58,310 nt of DNA from Chromera velia. Taxonomy: Eukaryota. The stretch is taken from the NCBI GenBank assembly GCA_018398765.1, contig JAHBMJ010000062.1, forward strand, positions 1 through 58,310. Reading direction: 5' to 3'. Below, in pieces: positions 37,437-49,374 of this stretch (within the stretch, counting starts at the first letter, position 1; every line of letters starts with the position of its first letter). The translations under genes and the position numbers were made by a program. The notes below the pieces were generated by a model, which saw only the letters and a program-made list of their open reading frames with translations, did no database searches and was not told the DNA's origin.

Positions 37437-38985
37437 ATGACCACTCAGGTTAGTAGAAAACGCTTTGTTAAGCTAGACGGCAAGCCGCGTGGTTGGTGCA
37501 TATTAAAATAATTATTAAAACACTGCGTATATTAATTGCAGGCAGGTGATCAAAATCCTGGAGAGAAAACGTCTGTGCTGACCCCAGACGTGCTCTTTAC
37601 CACCGTTGAGGCTATGACACCTGAGATGCATATAAAATTTTTCAAGCGCTTCCCAACACCCGCGGAAGCAGCAAAGACCACCCTAACCCTGAGGGGGAGG
37701 AACAACAGGAAGAGGAAAGAAACTGAGGTGCCGGCCGCACCCCAGGAAACCCCATCCTCCTCCTCCAAGGACATTACACCCGACGTTGACGTCACCAGCG
37801 CTTCGAAGAAGCCGCGTGCATCCATCAAGCTTGTCGAACTGAACTCTGTTCCCCTAAAGCAGAGGACGGGCAAGGGAGCCGTACTTGTTACGAAAGGCCC
37901 AACACAGCAGCAATCCCTCTCCGGAGGGCTGAGAGTGTTAGCTGACACCCTTAGGAAAGTGTTGAAGGAGAATGAGAACGGGAAAGGCCTTCTCAAGAAC
38001 GAGACCTAGTACGTCAAGTTCGATTCAGACCCGGTACTGAATGACATTGGCGGTGAGTCGGACAGTGACCGTTCGTACACTAGTTCGTGCATTGAAGAGT
38101 TGAGAGAGGTGATGCATAGGAATAGTGTCATGGAGTCTGAATCGGCGTACAGATCCAAATACTCATCCCGCATTAGTTCCTCCCCAAGTGAAGGAGGATG
38201 TACCGATCCCCGAAGACCTACGGCAGATGTCTGCCATCATCCCCGGTAGTCAGGTCGTCACCAAAGTTTTACTTAGAATAGGTAAGATGACAGGCAGACG
38301 CGCCATTAACTTCAATAAGAGCACCGATGAACAGCTCATCTCGGCCTGCAATGAGGTCATCTCTGACTGCCAGGACAAGCGCAACGCTGCGAAAAACGTG
38401 GGCCATGTCGAGATCGTCAACAAGTGCGCTAAGGTCATCAATGCCGGCAGAATACTTGTTCGTGCCATGAGGAAGCTCAAGGAGTCCTACGAGCGTGGTC
38501 TGACTAAGCACCCCGGCACTGATGCTAAGAGATCCCACCTGCTGAAAGAGATCATGCATTGCGTGGTCAAAAGCATCGGCAAAGCTCTCACTGAAAGAGC
38601 GGTTGGGAAAACGGTGCTTGTGTTTTAGGACGGTGTTCCTATGATCGTGTGGGACTTGCTGTACAGGTGTGTAAACGTTGAGCAGAAGTTGTACAACGTG
38701 GAGCAAATCGCCCAGGAGGCCCTCCAACTTGCCAAGGCAAAGAGCGAGTTGGGGGGGAGAGAGGGGGTGAAGCCCATCGTCTGTATCGAGTGCAACCAAG
38801 AAGGGCACATCCTGCCAAACTGCCTAAACGCCTGTAAGGTTTGTTACTACCTGCGGCAAAAAAAACAGAAGAAGGGAGTCGTGGACAACCGTGACATCCT
38901 TCACACTGAAGACGAGTGCACTACCGAAGCGAAGGAGGTCAGAGAGGCCATGGCAAATATGGTATCCTCCAGTAGGGGCAGTTAA
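37437..38985 (+). pseudogene. gag-like ORF of the YR element with CCHC knuckle
   Basis: CIECNQEGHILPNC (CX2CX4HX4C); fragments 37536-38009, 38125-38628 and 38641-38985 are broken by TAG stops and a frame change; probable intron 37449-37541. Confidence 0.8.
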
Positions 38986-39715
38986 GGTTCGGGAGGGGGG
39001 AAAGGGGGCTGCAACAGTAGCAGCAGCAGCCACGGCTACAACGGCTCCAGGAGCTGGTACGGTTAGGCAGGCTAGTAGGCAGGTGAAAGGGAAAAACTCC
39101 GGGACCGCCAGGCAGGGGGCACTGCGCTCTAAAGCGGACGGAAGGAGGACTCCGAGGGCATGTAAATGTACGGCTCAGGCATCTGCACCAGTGTTTACAG
39201 CCCCCAGTCAAGGCATGCCGCATGGGGCCATATCCTGATGACCATAGCGTGCTTAGATACATCAGGGCTTGAACCGGCAGATCCTGCATGTGTGGGGGAC
39301 GAAATAGGAAATTGATCCTAGGGATTAAGCAGTTCAGAGTTGAGTTAAAAAACGTTAAGCACGTTGCATGATAAAAGTAGATCAGACATCCATGTCCATT
39401 ATGTAGTTAAGTATGAATAATATGGTTAATGTGTAAGGCAAGGGATGCGTCAACACAAGAAAACGTTACTAGTTGTTGCGTAGATTGGTTAGCATGCTAG
39501 TTAGTATGTCTAGCAGCAATGAGTAGCGCTATGTCAGGATACGACAGCGACAACGGAGGTCAGAAAATTATGTTATGATAAGATAACCCCTTCTTAATGT
39601 GATTTCCGCTGTATGCAGATCAAGAGTCACAGGAGGCAGATGCAGACCCATTGGGTAGACGAGAAGCACAAGAGGAGCACTGTGCAGGTATACTGGTTAA
39701 CAAAGTTTCAGGTAT

Positions 39716-40176
39716 GGCCAGTAAGCCTAGGTGTATCCTGATAACTTGGTAGTCAGCCAGAAATAGGGGGGTGGTTACCAGGTTGGCCGGTAATCTGGCT
39801 GGCCGAGTCGCGGCGGTGCCACGGGCCCGTGCCGCGGCCCGATCGACGTCCGTGCGGCTGCCGCGCGGCGTTGGCGTAATGGGGGCCGCCGCGACCACAC
39901 CCGGCGCGTCAGGCATGCTTGCAATACCCGTGCGCGCCTGTATACAGTCTCCTGTCGCAATTGAATGTGATCGTTCAGTGATGCAAAGGTCAGTCACTTT
40001 CTTATGTGGAAACGTCGCGACCCTGTGTTTTTTCTAGATTTTTATTTTTGTTTTTTTTTTTAATTATATGGCCAGTAAACCGGTAACCTGGCCATTATTA
40101 AAAAATTGGTTTAGCCCGGCCAGGTAACCGGTTACCCGGTAATTACCCGGCCATCATGCAACTAGGCCAGTAAGCC
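39716..40176. mobile_element. Non-autonomous DNA-transposon-like insertion nested in the 5' part of pol
   Basis: 12-bp direct repeat GGCCAGTAAGCC at 39716-39727 and 40165-40176; weak TIR (TAGGTGTATCCTG vs TAGTTGCATGATG); GGTAACC/GGTTACC subterminal motifs; GC-rich core. Removing it restores the frame ...KVSGMASKPLPPLKLRW. Confidence 0.7.
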
Positions 40177-40318
40177 GTTGCCCCCATTAAAGTTACGATG
40201 GCTGATAACACTACCAGAGTAGGCATTACCTGAGCCCGCGGTTAGCCCACCCATCGGGTGGAGAAAGCCGGGAGTATAGAAAAATGGCTATCAGCTGAAC
40301 ATAGAGGAAGCAAGGAGA

Positions 40319-41236
40319 ATGAACATGTCTAGTAGTCACGTAGTGCGCCTGCTTGAAGAGGGACTGAGACTCCCCCTCAAGCATTGGCCAGCGAGCGTGA
40401 ACCTACCGAATTACTCATCAATCTACAATTTCCCAGAGAAGAGAGGGAAAGAGTTTGAGAGATTGGAGAAGGAAGGGTTTATTGAGAAAGTAGTACAACA
40501 GCCTGCCATAGTGTCACCACTTGGAGCAGTCCCGAAACCTGAAACGGGGGAGCCACGCATCATCATAGATATGACAACGTCAGGCGTGAATGAAGCCACA
40601 ATGGACACAGAGATGGGTCTACCAACGATCAGACACACGCTCAGCCTGAGAGAATTGAAACCAGGCAGGTACATGGCAAAATTAGACCTAAAGGACGGGT
40701 ATTTCCACATCCGAGTACACCCCGACCATGTAGACCTCCTAGGCTTCTTTAACCCGTTTGATAAAGCGTTTTACAAATATAGAGTGATGTGTTTTGGTTT
40801 AAAAGTCGCCCCGTTTATGTTCCAAGGAGTGATGGAGCATATTCAGGCGCTGTTCAGAGAGCACGGCCTAGATATAGCCGTCGTCAGCTCCCTCATATAC
40901 ATTGACGACTTCCTCATCGCAGCAGATACAAAGGAAGAGTGTGAAAAGGCACTAGGCCTGATCCAGCAGTGGCTTAAAAGACTGGGATAGAAAGTGAAGT
41001 CAGCAAAAACCGTGCTCCCAACCACAGCGCTAGAATTCACAGGGATCGGCATTGACACGCAGCGCCTAGCGGTCTATATCCTGCTAAAAAAGAGAGAGAA
41101 AGCGCTGAAGAAGATTGAAGTATTATTGAGGTCAGAAAACCCGACTATGGGGGACTTGTGCAGCTTGACAGGTCTCCTAGGCCACCTTTGGCTAGTCGTC
41201 CCACACGGCCACCAGCGGTTAGCCCCATACTGGTAA
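40319..41236 (+). pseudogene. DIRS-type reverse transcriptase
   Basis: VSPLGAVPKPETGEPRIIIDM, AKLDLKDGYFHI, MCFGLKVAPFMF, IYIDDFLI, LEFTGIGIDT; internal TAG at 40988. Confidence 0.95.
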
Positions 41237-41389
41237 GCGCTTGGCAAGTTACCAATGGAAAAAGGAAAAAGGGGGTGGAAGAAAAAAGAATGTCGATTGT
41301 CGGAGCAGATGCGAGAAGGTCTGGATTAGTGGGCAAACGCCTTGACTGCATGCCCAGTCTGGAAGCTCTAGGTCACTCCAGAGGGCCGC

Positions 41390-41887
41390 TTGGATATATG
41401 GACCGGTGATTGGATAGCCCATTGGGCGAATGTCCCAGCGGGGATTAGAGTTATGACGGTAACGATAGATACGGCAGCCGCCGGGGTGGGTGAGTACGAT
41501 AAGGATAGCTATACACTATGGCCATGGTCCGGCCTCCAGTCAGTTTCGTTAAACAACTGGAGAGAACTTAAAACCATACCCCTGAGGCTGAAAGCGCTGA
41601 GTGCAGCAAACCCTGCCGCATTCTACGGCAGACGCGTGCTCGTCAAGTCAGACAACTCAACGACTGTGCGAGTGTTGAACAAGAGACACAGCACAGCAGG
41701 AGCATTGGGGCAGTTGTTGGAGGAAGTGCAAGCGCTTGAGCGGAAGGTAGGGATAGAGGTAACAGCAATGCATATCCCAGGATGCGAGAACAGTACCGCG
41801 GATGCCCTGTTAAGATTACCAGGCGAAGTGCACGAGGAATGCGTCCTGACTGAGAAGGTGCGCAAACACCTTGCTTACCAGTGGTAA
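41390..41887 (+). pseudogene. DIRS-type RNase H
   Basis: TIDTAAAGVG, NNWRELKTI, VLVKSDNSTTV, HIPGCENSTADAL. Confidence 0.9.
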
Positions 41888-42361
41888 AGGTACAAAGGTG
41901 AGGCATAACGGTTCAAAGTATACGTCCCCACGGCGGACATGTATGAAAGAGTACTAAAAGAGGCGGCACGATCGAAAGGTGTAGTGGTTATGCCAGCTGT
42001 ACGTAAAACGGAGTAGAAACAGACGTTGGAGAGGGCAAGGACCCTGCAGAAATGGGGAAAGTTTAAGGGGTTCCGACTATTCGAGAATGAAGTTGAAAGG
42101 TCATAAACCATTCGTAGAGCCGATAGAAAAAACCTTAAAGTGACGGTTTGAGCAGAGGCAGTGATTGTCGAGGTATGGCATGCAGTGGCTTTTGTGTAGA
42201 GCAAAGACTATAGAACCCTAACTCATGAATGCATTTGTGAGGTTATGAGGCGATTGCATAGTGATAGGCCCTGAGTCATATAATCAAAATTTTGGTTTAA
42301 GAACTAACCGGTAGCTAGCGCAGCGTAAACAAAAGTTTAAATAGTTAAGTTATCTAGGGTA

Positions 42362-43479
42362 ATGGCCAAACACGGTATAGCAGCCAGCCCAAAACCAGAG
42401 GCATGGACCACGGTAATAGTGCCAGAATGAGTAGTAAGCAACGGCAAGGGGACCGATGCGCTATATGAACTGCACGGGGTAGAAGGAAAAACTTTTGTCT
42501 CTGGCTATGGGTGAGTGCAGGTTCCACGGCAAGATGCACACAGAGGGTGAGAACACCCTCGGTCAAGGCAAGAGACGCGGGCGTTACCAACATAGATCAC
42601 GCAGGGGAGCTGGAGGCCCCAATAGAGGAGCTGGAAGAGTTAACGAAGGCCCGTTATGAGTATACACTAAAAGGCCTAGAGCGAGTATGCCCTGGACTGT
42701 TGCCGTTAGACAGCCCCCTGGCAATCAAAGTGGCGTTTATAACAGTGGAAGGAAAGAAGGCATATCAGGTGGGGATGCTCAAAGGAACAGTGAAGTGGTG
42801 GCATTTTTAGAAAGGACTCGGCCCACCTCAGTTCGAGACACCACAGCTGTCGATGTTTTGGCGGGGACTAGAAAAGTCCATGGACCATAAAGTAAAAGAG
42901 AAAGTGGCCTTACCACCTGTGGACTTCAAGAGAGTGCTGCGGCACTGGAAGGAAGCGCATTCCAACGATGTGCTCCAGAACAGAGCAATTACAATTTTAG
43001 CTTTCTTCCCAGTAAAACGCATACTATTAGGGGAAGTCTTGAGGCTGAAGAAGGGGGACTTTCAGAAGAGGGCACGGAATGGTAAGGAGTTCTTAGTAGT
43101 AGCAATCCACCGGCAAAAAAACGATACGAAAGGGTGTGGATCCCTGTGTCCGCTTCCATTAGTAGAAGACAACGGCACGCCGATAGGGGAAGCTGTACCA
43201 GAGTTCCTGAATATAGCACCTGTGGACGAACCCCTGTTCAGAACTACAAAGGCATATGGAAGCCAGTGGACCAAGAAACCGCTGGGAAGAGATGCATTTC
43301 AGACTGCGTTGCAAAAAGCAATCACAGCAGCAGCATCAGAAACAGCAGCAGAGCTCAAGGAATACACTATCCACTCATTGCGCCGAAGCGGGTTCTGCGT
43401 GGCAAAGAAGGCTACAATCCCACATGAGCTGGCAGTCAATATTTTAGGGCACAATAGCTCCGATGCATGGCTGTTATAA
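42362..43479 (+). pseudogene. Tyrosine recombinase of the YR element
   Basis: NRAITILAFF..KR...GEVLRL, HRQKND, TIHSLRRSG, ILGHNSSDAWLL*; the catalytic Tyr position is now TAA. ORF 42511-42810 is in frame upstream. Confidence 0.92.
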
Positions 43480-43631
43480 TTTTTGCCCGAGCTCCCTGAT
43501 ATTGCAACCGCCGTAGCTTCCATTTAGGAGTCGTGCAGGACCGGTGTGGACCAGACCGATACGCAGTCCATGCGCGGCCCTCAGCGAAGGCTCCCAGTCA
43601 CACCGGACAGGGTGGGGTTTGTGGGGGTTAT

Positions 43632-43853
43632 AGGGGGATAACAGAGGCATCAGTAAAAGGGCGGCAGAGCGGGTGAGACACGAACTAAAGCCCGAGAGCG
43701 TGAAGCGCCCGATAGCCGGAGGTCCGGAAGGGTGGATGCCCCGACTGAACACGGAACACCGAAAGTGGGCCGTGGGCGCAGAGTGAGCGAGTGTGCTAAA
43801 AGATGAGTAGGGAAAACTAGGATTGAACGGAGTGAGAGGCTGTGAAGTCTGAA
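43632..43853 (+). repeat. Split direct repeat B1
   Basis: Repeated at 44204-44432; both copies end GCTGTGAAGTCTGAA. Confidence 0.93.
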
Positions 43854-44060
43854 GTGTTGGTTCAGTTGGAGCGATTAGTGGAAGCGTGAACCCTGGTTCA
43901 GATGGAACAAAGGATGAAGGAAGGTAATGACACCATCTCCGGCGCGTGCATATTTTTTTTTTTCCTTAGAAAAACCAGAATTTTGATAGCCCCTAGAAGA
44001 ACGGTATAATCACGACTATCTTGATTCAGCTGTGAAGTCTCCGTACCAAAATAAATTTTC
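43854..44060 (+). repeat. Split direct repeat A2
   Basis: Abuts B1 exactly (TCTGAA|GTGTTGG) and is a copy of A1. Confidence 0.93.
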
Positions 44061-44203
44061 CATCCACCCACCCTGACGCTGGGAGTAAGAGGCCCCGTCA
44101 CAGCGACGGCACCACTAGTCCGCAAGGGCACTACCAAAGACGGGGAAGGAAACGGCCCGGAAATCCAGCCCGTTATAGTGTTTTCCTAGAGTAGACCTAG
44201 AGC

Positions 44204-44432
44204 AGGGGGGACAACAAAGGCATCAATGAAAGGGCGGCAGAGCAGATGAGATGCGAGCTAAATCCCGAGAGCGCGATTCGGAAGCGCCTAATAGCCGGAG
44301 GTCCGGAAGGGTAGATGCCCCAAGCGAACACGGAACACCGAAAGTGGGCCGTGGGCGCAGAGTGAGCGAGTGTGCAAAAAGATGAATAGGTAGAACTAAG
44401 ATTGAATGAAGTGAGAAGCTGTGAAGTCTGAA
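44204..44432 (+). repeat. Split direct repeat B2 (3' end of the element)
   Basis: Copy of B1. Confidence 0.93.
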
Positions 44433-44490
44433 TCAAGATTCAGTCATATTTAATTAATGGCTGTAAAGTTTATAGCGTTTGAGTTGGCGT

Positions 44491-44981
44491 TATTCCGGTG
44501 GACAGTCATTCTGTCCGTTTTGCCGCGCCCGAGTTTCGCGCTCGAGTTTTAAATGAATTTTCTTTCTTAGAAAGGCCAACTCGATTGGGCATGATGAAAC
44601 TCGGGCGCACCTGAGTTTTCAGTGGGCAGCATGTGCTCAAGTTGCTCGTTGTCGGTGTTTGAGATCTGGATTTTTGACGACTGAGTTGCGTCATGGTGCT
44701 TCTAGTCTCGTGTGCCCGAGTTGCTCAGTGGTTCTTGATGCTTGAGAGCTGTATGGCACTGCATGAGCTCAAACTCAGTTCTCAGGTGTCTGTTTCCAGA
44801 CTCAGGCGCGCCTGAGATTTTGGAGATCCCGACACGCCTGAGTTTTTGACATCTGACGCCCGAGAAATAGGACCTCGGTGCCTAAGAAACTCGAGCGTGA
44901 AACTCAAGCGATCTTGAGCACAAAACTTGGGCACGGAACTCGGGCGCGGCAAAATGGATAGAATGACTGTCCGCTAGAATA
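44491..44981. mobile_element. MITE with about 60-bp TIRs and TA ends (Tc1/mariner-like)
   Basis: TATTCCGGTGGACAGTCATTCTGTCCGTTTTGCCGCGCCCGAGTT... (44491-44550) is the reverse complement of 44922-44981; internal GCCCGAGTT/AACTCGGGC subrepeats. Confidence 0.85.
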
Positions 44982-45540
44982 GCAGGCTCCGCGTATGAAA
45001 GCCGGTATTCCTCGTCAGCTTCAGCGAGTCGGCCGATTCTGCAGGCTTAGGGCCCAAAGACCGGCCCAGCCCGAAATTATCCCGATATGGCTTCAAAAAG
45101 TGGCAAGTCAGGAATTAATTTGACCTTTCGACTGACCAATTCGATCAAAAGCTGGAGAAAGCAGTCAAGTTGTACTTAACTAGCCAAAAACTCCATCCCT
45201 CGCTCTTATCGCGACGGACTTGATTCTTAAATCGAGATCCTTTTTTGTTTACCTTCCCTTCTACCTCTTTTCCCCCTTCTTAGTCATGGGCAGCCATACA
45301 TACACCTCACTTACCCATCCGGCAGACTAGATCTGTCCGCTAGTCTGTCCGTACGGGTTGATCGCGGTGGTGGTGTTAGCTACAACTTTCTTATAGGGGG
45401 TTGCGGTTTAAGTCGTCCAAATATATAAGCGTATCGCAAAACGATCTGCGTTATATCGGTCTGACTAGTACCGCTTGCGTGCTAGTGAACCTAAAATGGC
45501 TCCTAAGCCGCAGTCAACACATCTAACAGCAAGGGCCTCC

Positions 45541-46944
45541 GATATACCCTAGGCGTAGGCCATTAAAAAAATTTAAACTCTAAATTTTAGTGGGCGTTTT
45601 TCTTTCTTTTTTTTTTAGAGTTTTGATGTTGATGCCTAGGTTGATGCTAGGGACCTAGTCTTTGCCCCCTACTCACTATAGCCTCTTCAAAAACTTTAAA
45701 GACAATTATAAGACAATTGTAAATAAATGAATTGATCGACTATGCTTTATTGATTGATCAACAAGTCTGAGCAGCAAAGAAAATGAAACCATGTTCATTC
45801 AGAGAGCTTCGAACCGCAGTCTTCACTCTTGTGTGCCAAACTCTAGGTTGAGCCCCTACTGAACCATGTAATTGCAGGTTCTCAGTAACTTTCACACTCT
45901 GAGACCATCACACATCTATGGGTCGGCGACTATTGCAATAGTTAGAATAGTGAACTATTTTAACTATTTTCCGATAGTCGCTTCATTTTTAACTATAAAA
46001 TAGTAAGAATAGTTAACTATTTCAACTATTTTTTCTAGTTGTAGTTTACTATTTTGACTATAAAATATAGAGGTATAGCTATAGTTGCTATAGTCAACTA
46101 TTTGTTGACGAACCGACTCATAGATACACTCACGGCATAATTAATATGAAAACAAAATTACGATATTCGACCTCATTACATAAACAGAAATTCACCCATT
46201 GTGCAAATTAAAAAGAGAGAAGGGAAAGGTGGAGTGTTACGAATTAACGCAAGTGCAGGCTGTTTTTAGTGCTTCAGACAGGAGGTTCACCGGTCCTGCC
46301 GCTCATGATCTAAAAGTTACTAAGACTCAAATACAAAGATTGGATGGTCAAGTGTCTTTGCACTCCTCTATTTGAGCGCAGTGGCGAAACAGCAATATTT
46401 GGTCTGATGTGAGTCGTTTTGAAAATATTTTTCGAGTTGTAGACATCTCGGACTTTGAAAAGATTCGGAAAAAGAACATGACGATGCTAGCAGGCAATAA
46501 AGGCTTTGTGGGGGGGTGGACAGAAGTTCCTCTCAAAGTAGTTGAAGTGTTGGAAGAAGGTAACGCGCATATTCTATCACCATTCAAACAAGTTCAATCA
46601 TACATATAATACTATAAATTTAAACATAAAAATTTTAAGTAAAAAACATATGAAATAATGTAAAATATATACTAGGAAATAGTAGAAAAAATGACTAGGA
46701 AAATATAGACCTAGAGGCTAAAGATATATATTCAGTAAAAAAAAGTTCTTGTAAACAACTGTATAAGTATTTTAAAAAAACTCATTGGGGTTTTAGAAGC
46801 TTAAAACCAGTCTTACATTGTTTGAGCCTCTTTTAGTTTTTGCAGGGGGGGTATTTTTGCAAATAAATTTTATTCGAGGGTTTTTTCTTTTTTTTTTTGA
46901 GTTTTTTTTTTTTTTTTTTAAATGGCCTACGCCTAGGATATACC
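45541..46944. mobile_element. Non-autonomous TIR element of about 1.4 kb
   Basis: GATATACCCTAGGCGTAGGCCATT (45541-45564) vs reverse complement of 46921-46944 GGTATATCCTAGGCGTAGGCCATT: 22/24 identical. No clear TSD. Confidence 0.7.
45913..46126. mobile_element. Small MITE nested in the 1.4-kb element
   Basis: TIR CATCTATGGGTCGG / CCGACTCATAGATA; interior built of AACTATT/AATAGTT motifs. Confidence 0.7.
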
Positions 46945-47772
46945 CAAGCTTAGCGGCTATCTGCGATATAGCAGCCTGCGTGGCACGGCCTCATGCAATC
47001 TAGTATGCAATCTGTCGGAGGAAAGTTTTCTCATGTCTGCGCCGCGCCATAGCGACTTCTCCAGCTTGTCTCTGAAGCCTCGCTAAGCCCCGCGGCGAAG
47101 CTCCCCTGCCAAGGCGAAGTTTCTGTTTAACTAGGAATTTGAGAGTGGGTCGCTGCTGAGTTACTCAGAAAAGTCTTTTTATTAGATAATTTAAATTCTT
47201 CATTCAATTTAAAAATTGAACTAAAGAGTCTGCTTAGAACTAGTCATATTCAGTCTGATAGCGTAGATTAAGCTTAGTTAAACTCATATAATATAACATA
47301 TATAAAGCTAGATATAAAGTTAGAGTCCCTATGGCGCTGCTTGTTCAAGTTTAGCTGTGTCACAGCTAACTTGCAGCAGCTTATGACGCCATGACTAGCT
47401 ATGACGATTTTGCTATGACTCAGCTATTAACTTATGTTTCTCAATCGAGAACTTGCTCGAAAACAAACATTTAATTTCGCCGTAAAAACATGAACGGTAA
47501 TCAACGGCAAAGAGAGTCTCGCCTCTCCACCCAACAAATCGAAGAGACGGTCTAAAAGGCAGTTAAACTTCCATTCTAGTTTTCAATCCGGGTCTGTCAA
47601 CAAATCGTAAAGCTGGCATTCATCATCGGAGAAATGACACACACCCTAGCGCACACCAGCATCCGACCCACCGAACAACACAACTCAGTGGAGATGGCCA
47701 ATCAATTAATTCACTCGAATGCCGGAACAAAAGAGACAGAGAGCATGAAAGAGGTCAACAGACAGAAAGGCT

Positions 47773-49341
47773 TCAAAGAGGAGGCGAAGAGAAAGGGCCA
47801 AGATCACGCCCGCAACCTCGGAGGTTTTCCCGCTCCTCCCCCCTCCCGACGGACCCGACCCCCGCTCCCTCCACGAGGACCCTTGCTCGCATGTCCTCTC
47901 CGTCGCTTCCTCGATCATCCTTCGCCCCTTCTCTCCTCTCTCTGTCACCTCTCGCTCCTGAGCTCTGCTCCACCCCCAACGATTCCCTCCCCGCAGGTCC
48001 TGATGTCCCTGCTTCCACTGTCCAGCCCTCTCTGCTTCCACATGTGGACTCAGGAGGAGAACTGAAAGAAAGCAAGACAAGAGGGAGGGAGGGAGGGAAG
48101 ATTGATGTATTAATGCAAGGAGGAGAAATGCAAGTAGACACAGAGAATCCAAGTCAAAAGTAGAATAGACTTCCATGGTCGCGGATCAGAATCTACAGAT
48201 AACGAGGAAAAAAAAAAGCACCAGAAAGGGCATGCGCAGAAAATGGATTTTCATTGCCATTATAGAGCGGAAGATGGAACTCAAAGCCGACAGCCGACGA
48301 CCATTTATCAGCATGCTGACTGACCGTGCCGAAGGGACACTCTTCCTTGGGGCGGATCCTGCAAACAAACAAACAAAGAAAGAAAGAAAGAAAGAAAGGG
48401 AAGAGAAACACCGTCAGACAGACCCCCTCTATGCAGATCCACTCGCACATTCAAAAATTCCACACCCACAGAGGGAACGAATGCCCACCGTCCGAGGCAC
48501 CCATCCGATCAGGCAGGCACCCTCAAAGAAAGAACGAAAAAAGAGAAAGAGGCCAAAGCAATCGAGTCAACAGGGATTCCTTGTTTTCGTCAAATGTTGC
48601 ATTCACGGCAGAAGAAGCCCACCTCCTCGGCGGCTCCGCAGGCGCATCAGTCCAGTTGATGATGTTCCCACTGCACCTGCACACACGAACAGACAGACAC
48701 AACAAACATTTAGGGTACTCACACCATGCAGTCACACAGGAGAGGTACTGAGGGAAGAGAAGAACGCCGCATTGAAGAAAGGACAAAAAAAAAAATCCTT
48801 GCCTAGGAAGATAGGCCGACAGAGAAAAAAATTAGACGTGCGATTAAGATTCCCCCTGTTTTTCAGCATCGCTTGTGTGGCTTTTCTTTCCCCCTTCTGT
48901 CCCGGGATTTGATCTGGTAGTGTCCATATGAAATTAAGGGGAGACATTTTGAAACTGAAAAGGGGTACATCCAACTGAATGTGACTGTCGAGGGAAAAGG
49001 AAGGCGATATGAACGCCGTCTTTCTTGCTCTCTCTCCCTCTCCCCCTGCCGACGCTTTGACAGACGAATGTTTCCCGGTGTCCACCTGACTGACTGACTG
49101 ACTTCTTGGCGGCAGCCTCCGAGACCCGGTGTCGAGCATGCCCCCCTGTCTCATTCTGAAAAGATAGATAGATGTCAGGAAGAAAAGAAGAAAGACAGAA
49201 AGAAAGAAAGAAAGAAAGACAGGCTGCGTGGGAGAGGGGAAAAACGAAAGAAGCCAAAAGAGAAAACACAAAGTCGCGATCGAGGCAAACGGGAGGGGGG
49301 GGAGGGGAAGGAGGAGGAAAAAAGGATGCCGACAGAAAAGA

Positions 49342-49374
<33 letters not shown>

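Larger units (their letters stand above)
36860..44432 (+). mobile_element. Tyrosine-recombinase (DIRS order) retrotransposon with split direct repeats, PAT/Ngaro-type architecture
   Basis: Arrangement A1 36860-37065, gag, RT-RH-(MT-like), YR, B1 43632-43853, A2 43854-44060, B2 44204-44432. Confidence 0.95.

Noticed and set aside
40988..43479. Stop-codon reassignment or readthrough as an explanation for in-frame TAG/TAA
   Set aside because: All three stop types occur, only in repeats, alongside frameshifts, while host exons lack them; mutation is the simpler explanation.
36827..44443. TCAAGATTTCAG (36827) vs TCAAGATTCAG (44433) as a TSD of the YR element
   Set aside because: The left copy is about 20 bp away from A1, and YR elements do not normally create TSDs.
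44520..44950. CRISPR-like or iteron-like short repeats
   Set aside because: Irregular spacing and mixed orientation; they are MITE subterminal repeats and the context is eukaryotic with no cas genes.
46409..46609. 66-aa ORF inside the 1.4-kb TIR element
   Set aside because: Too short and has no transposase motif.
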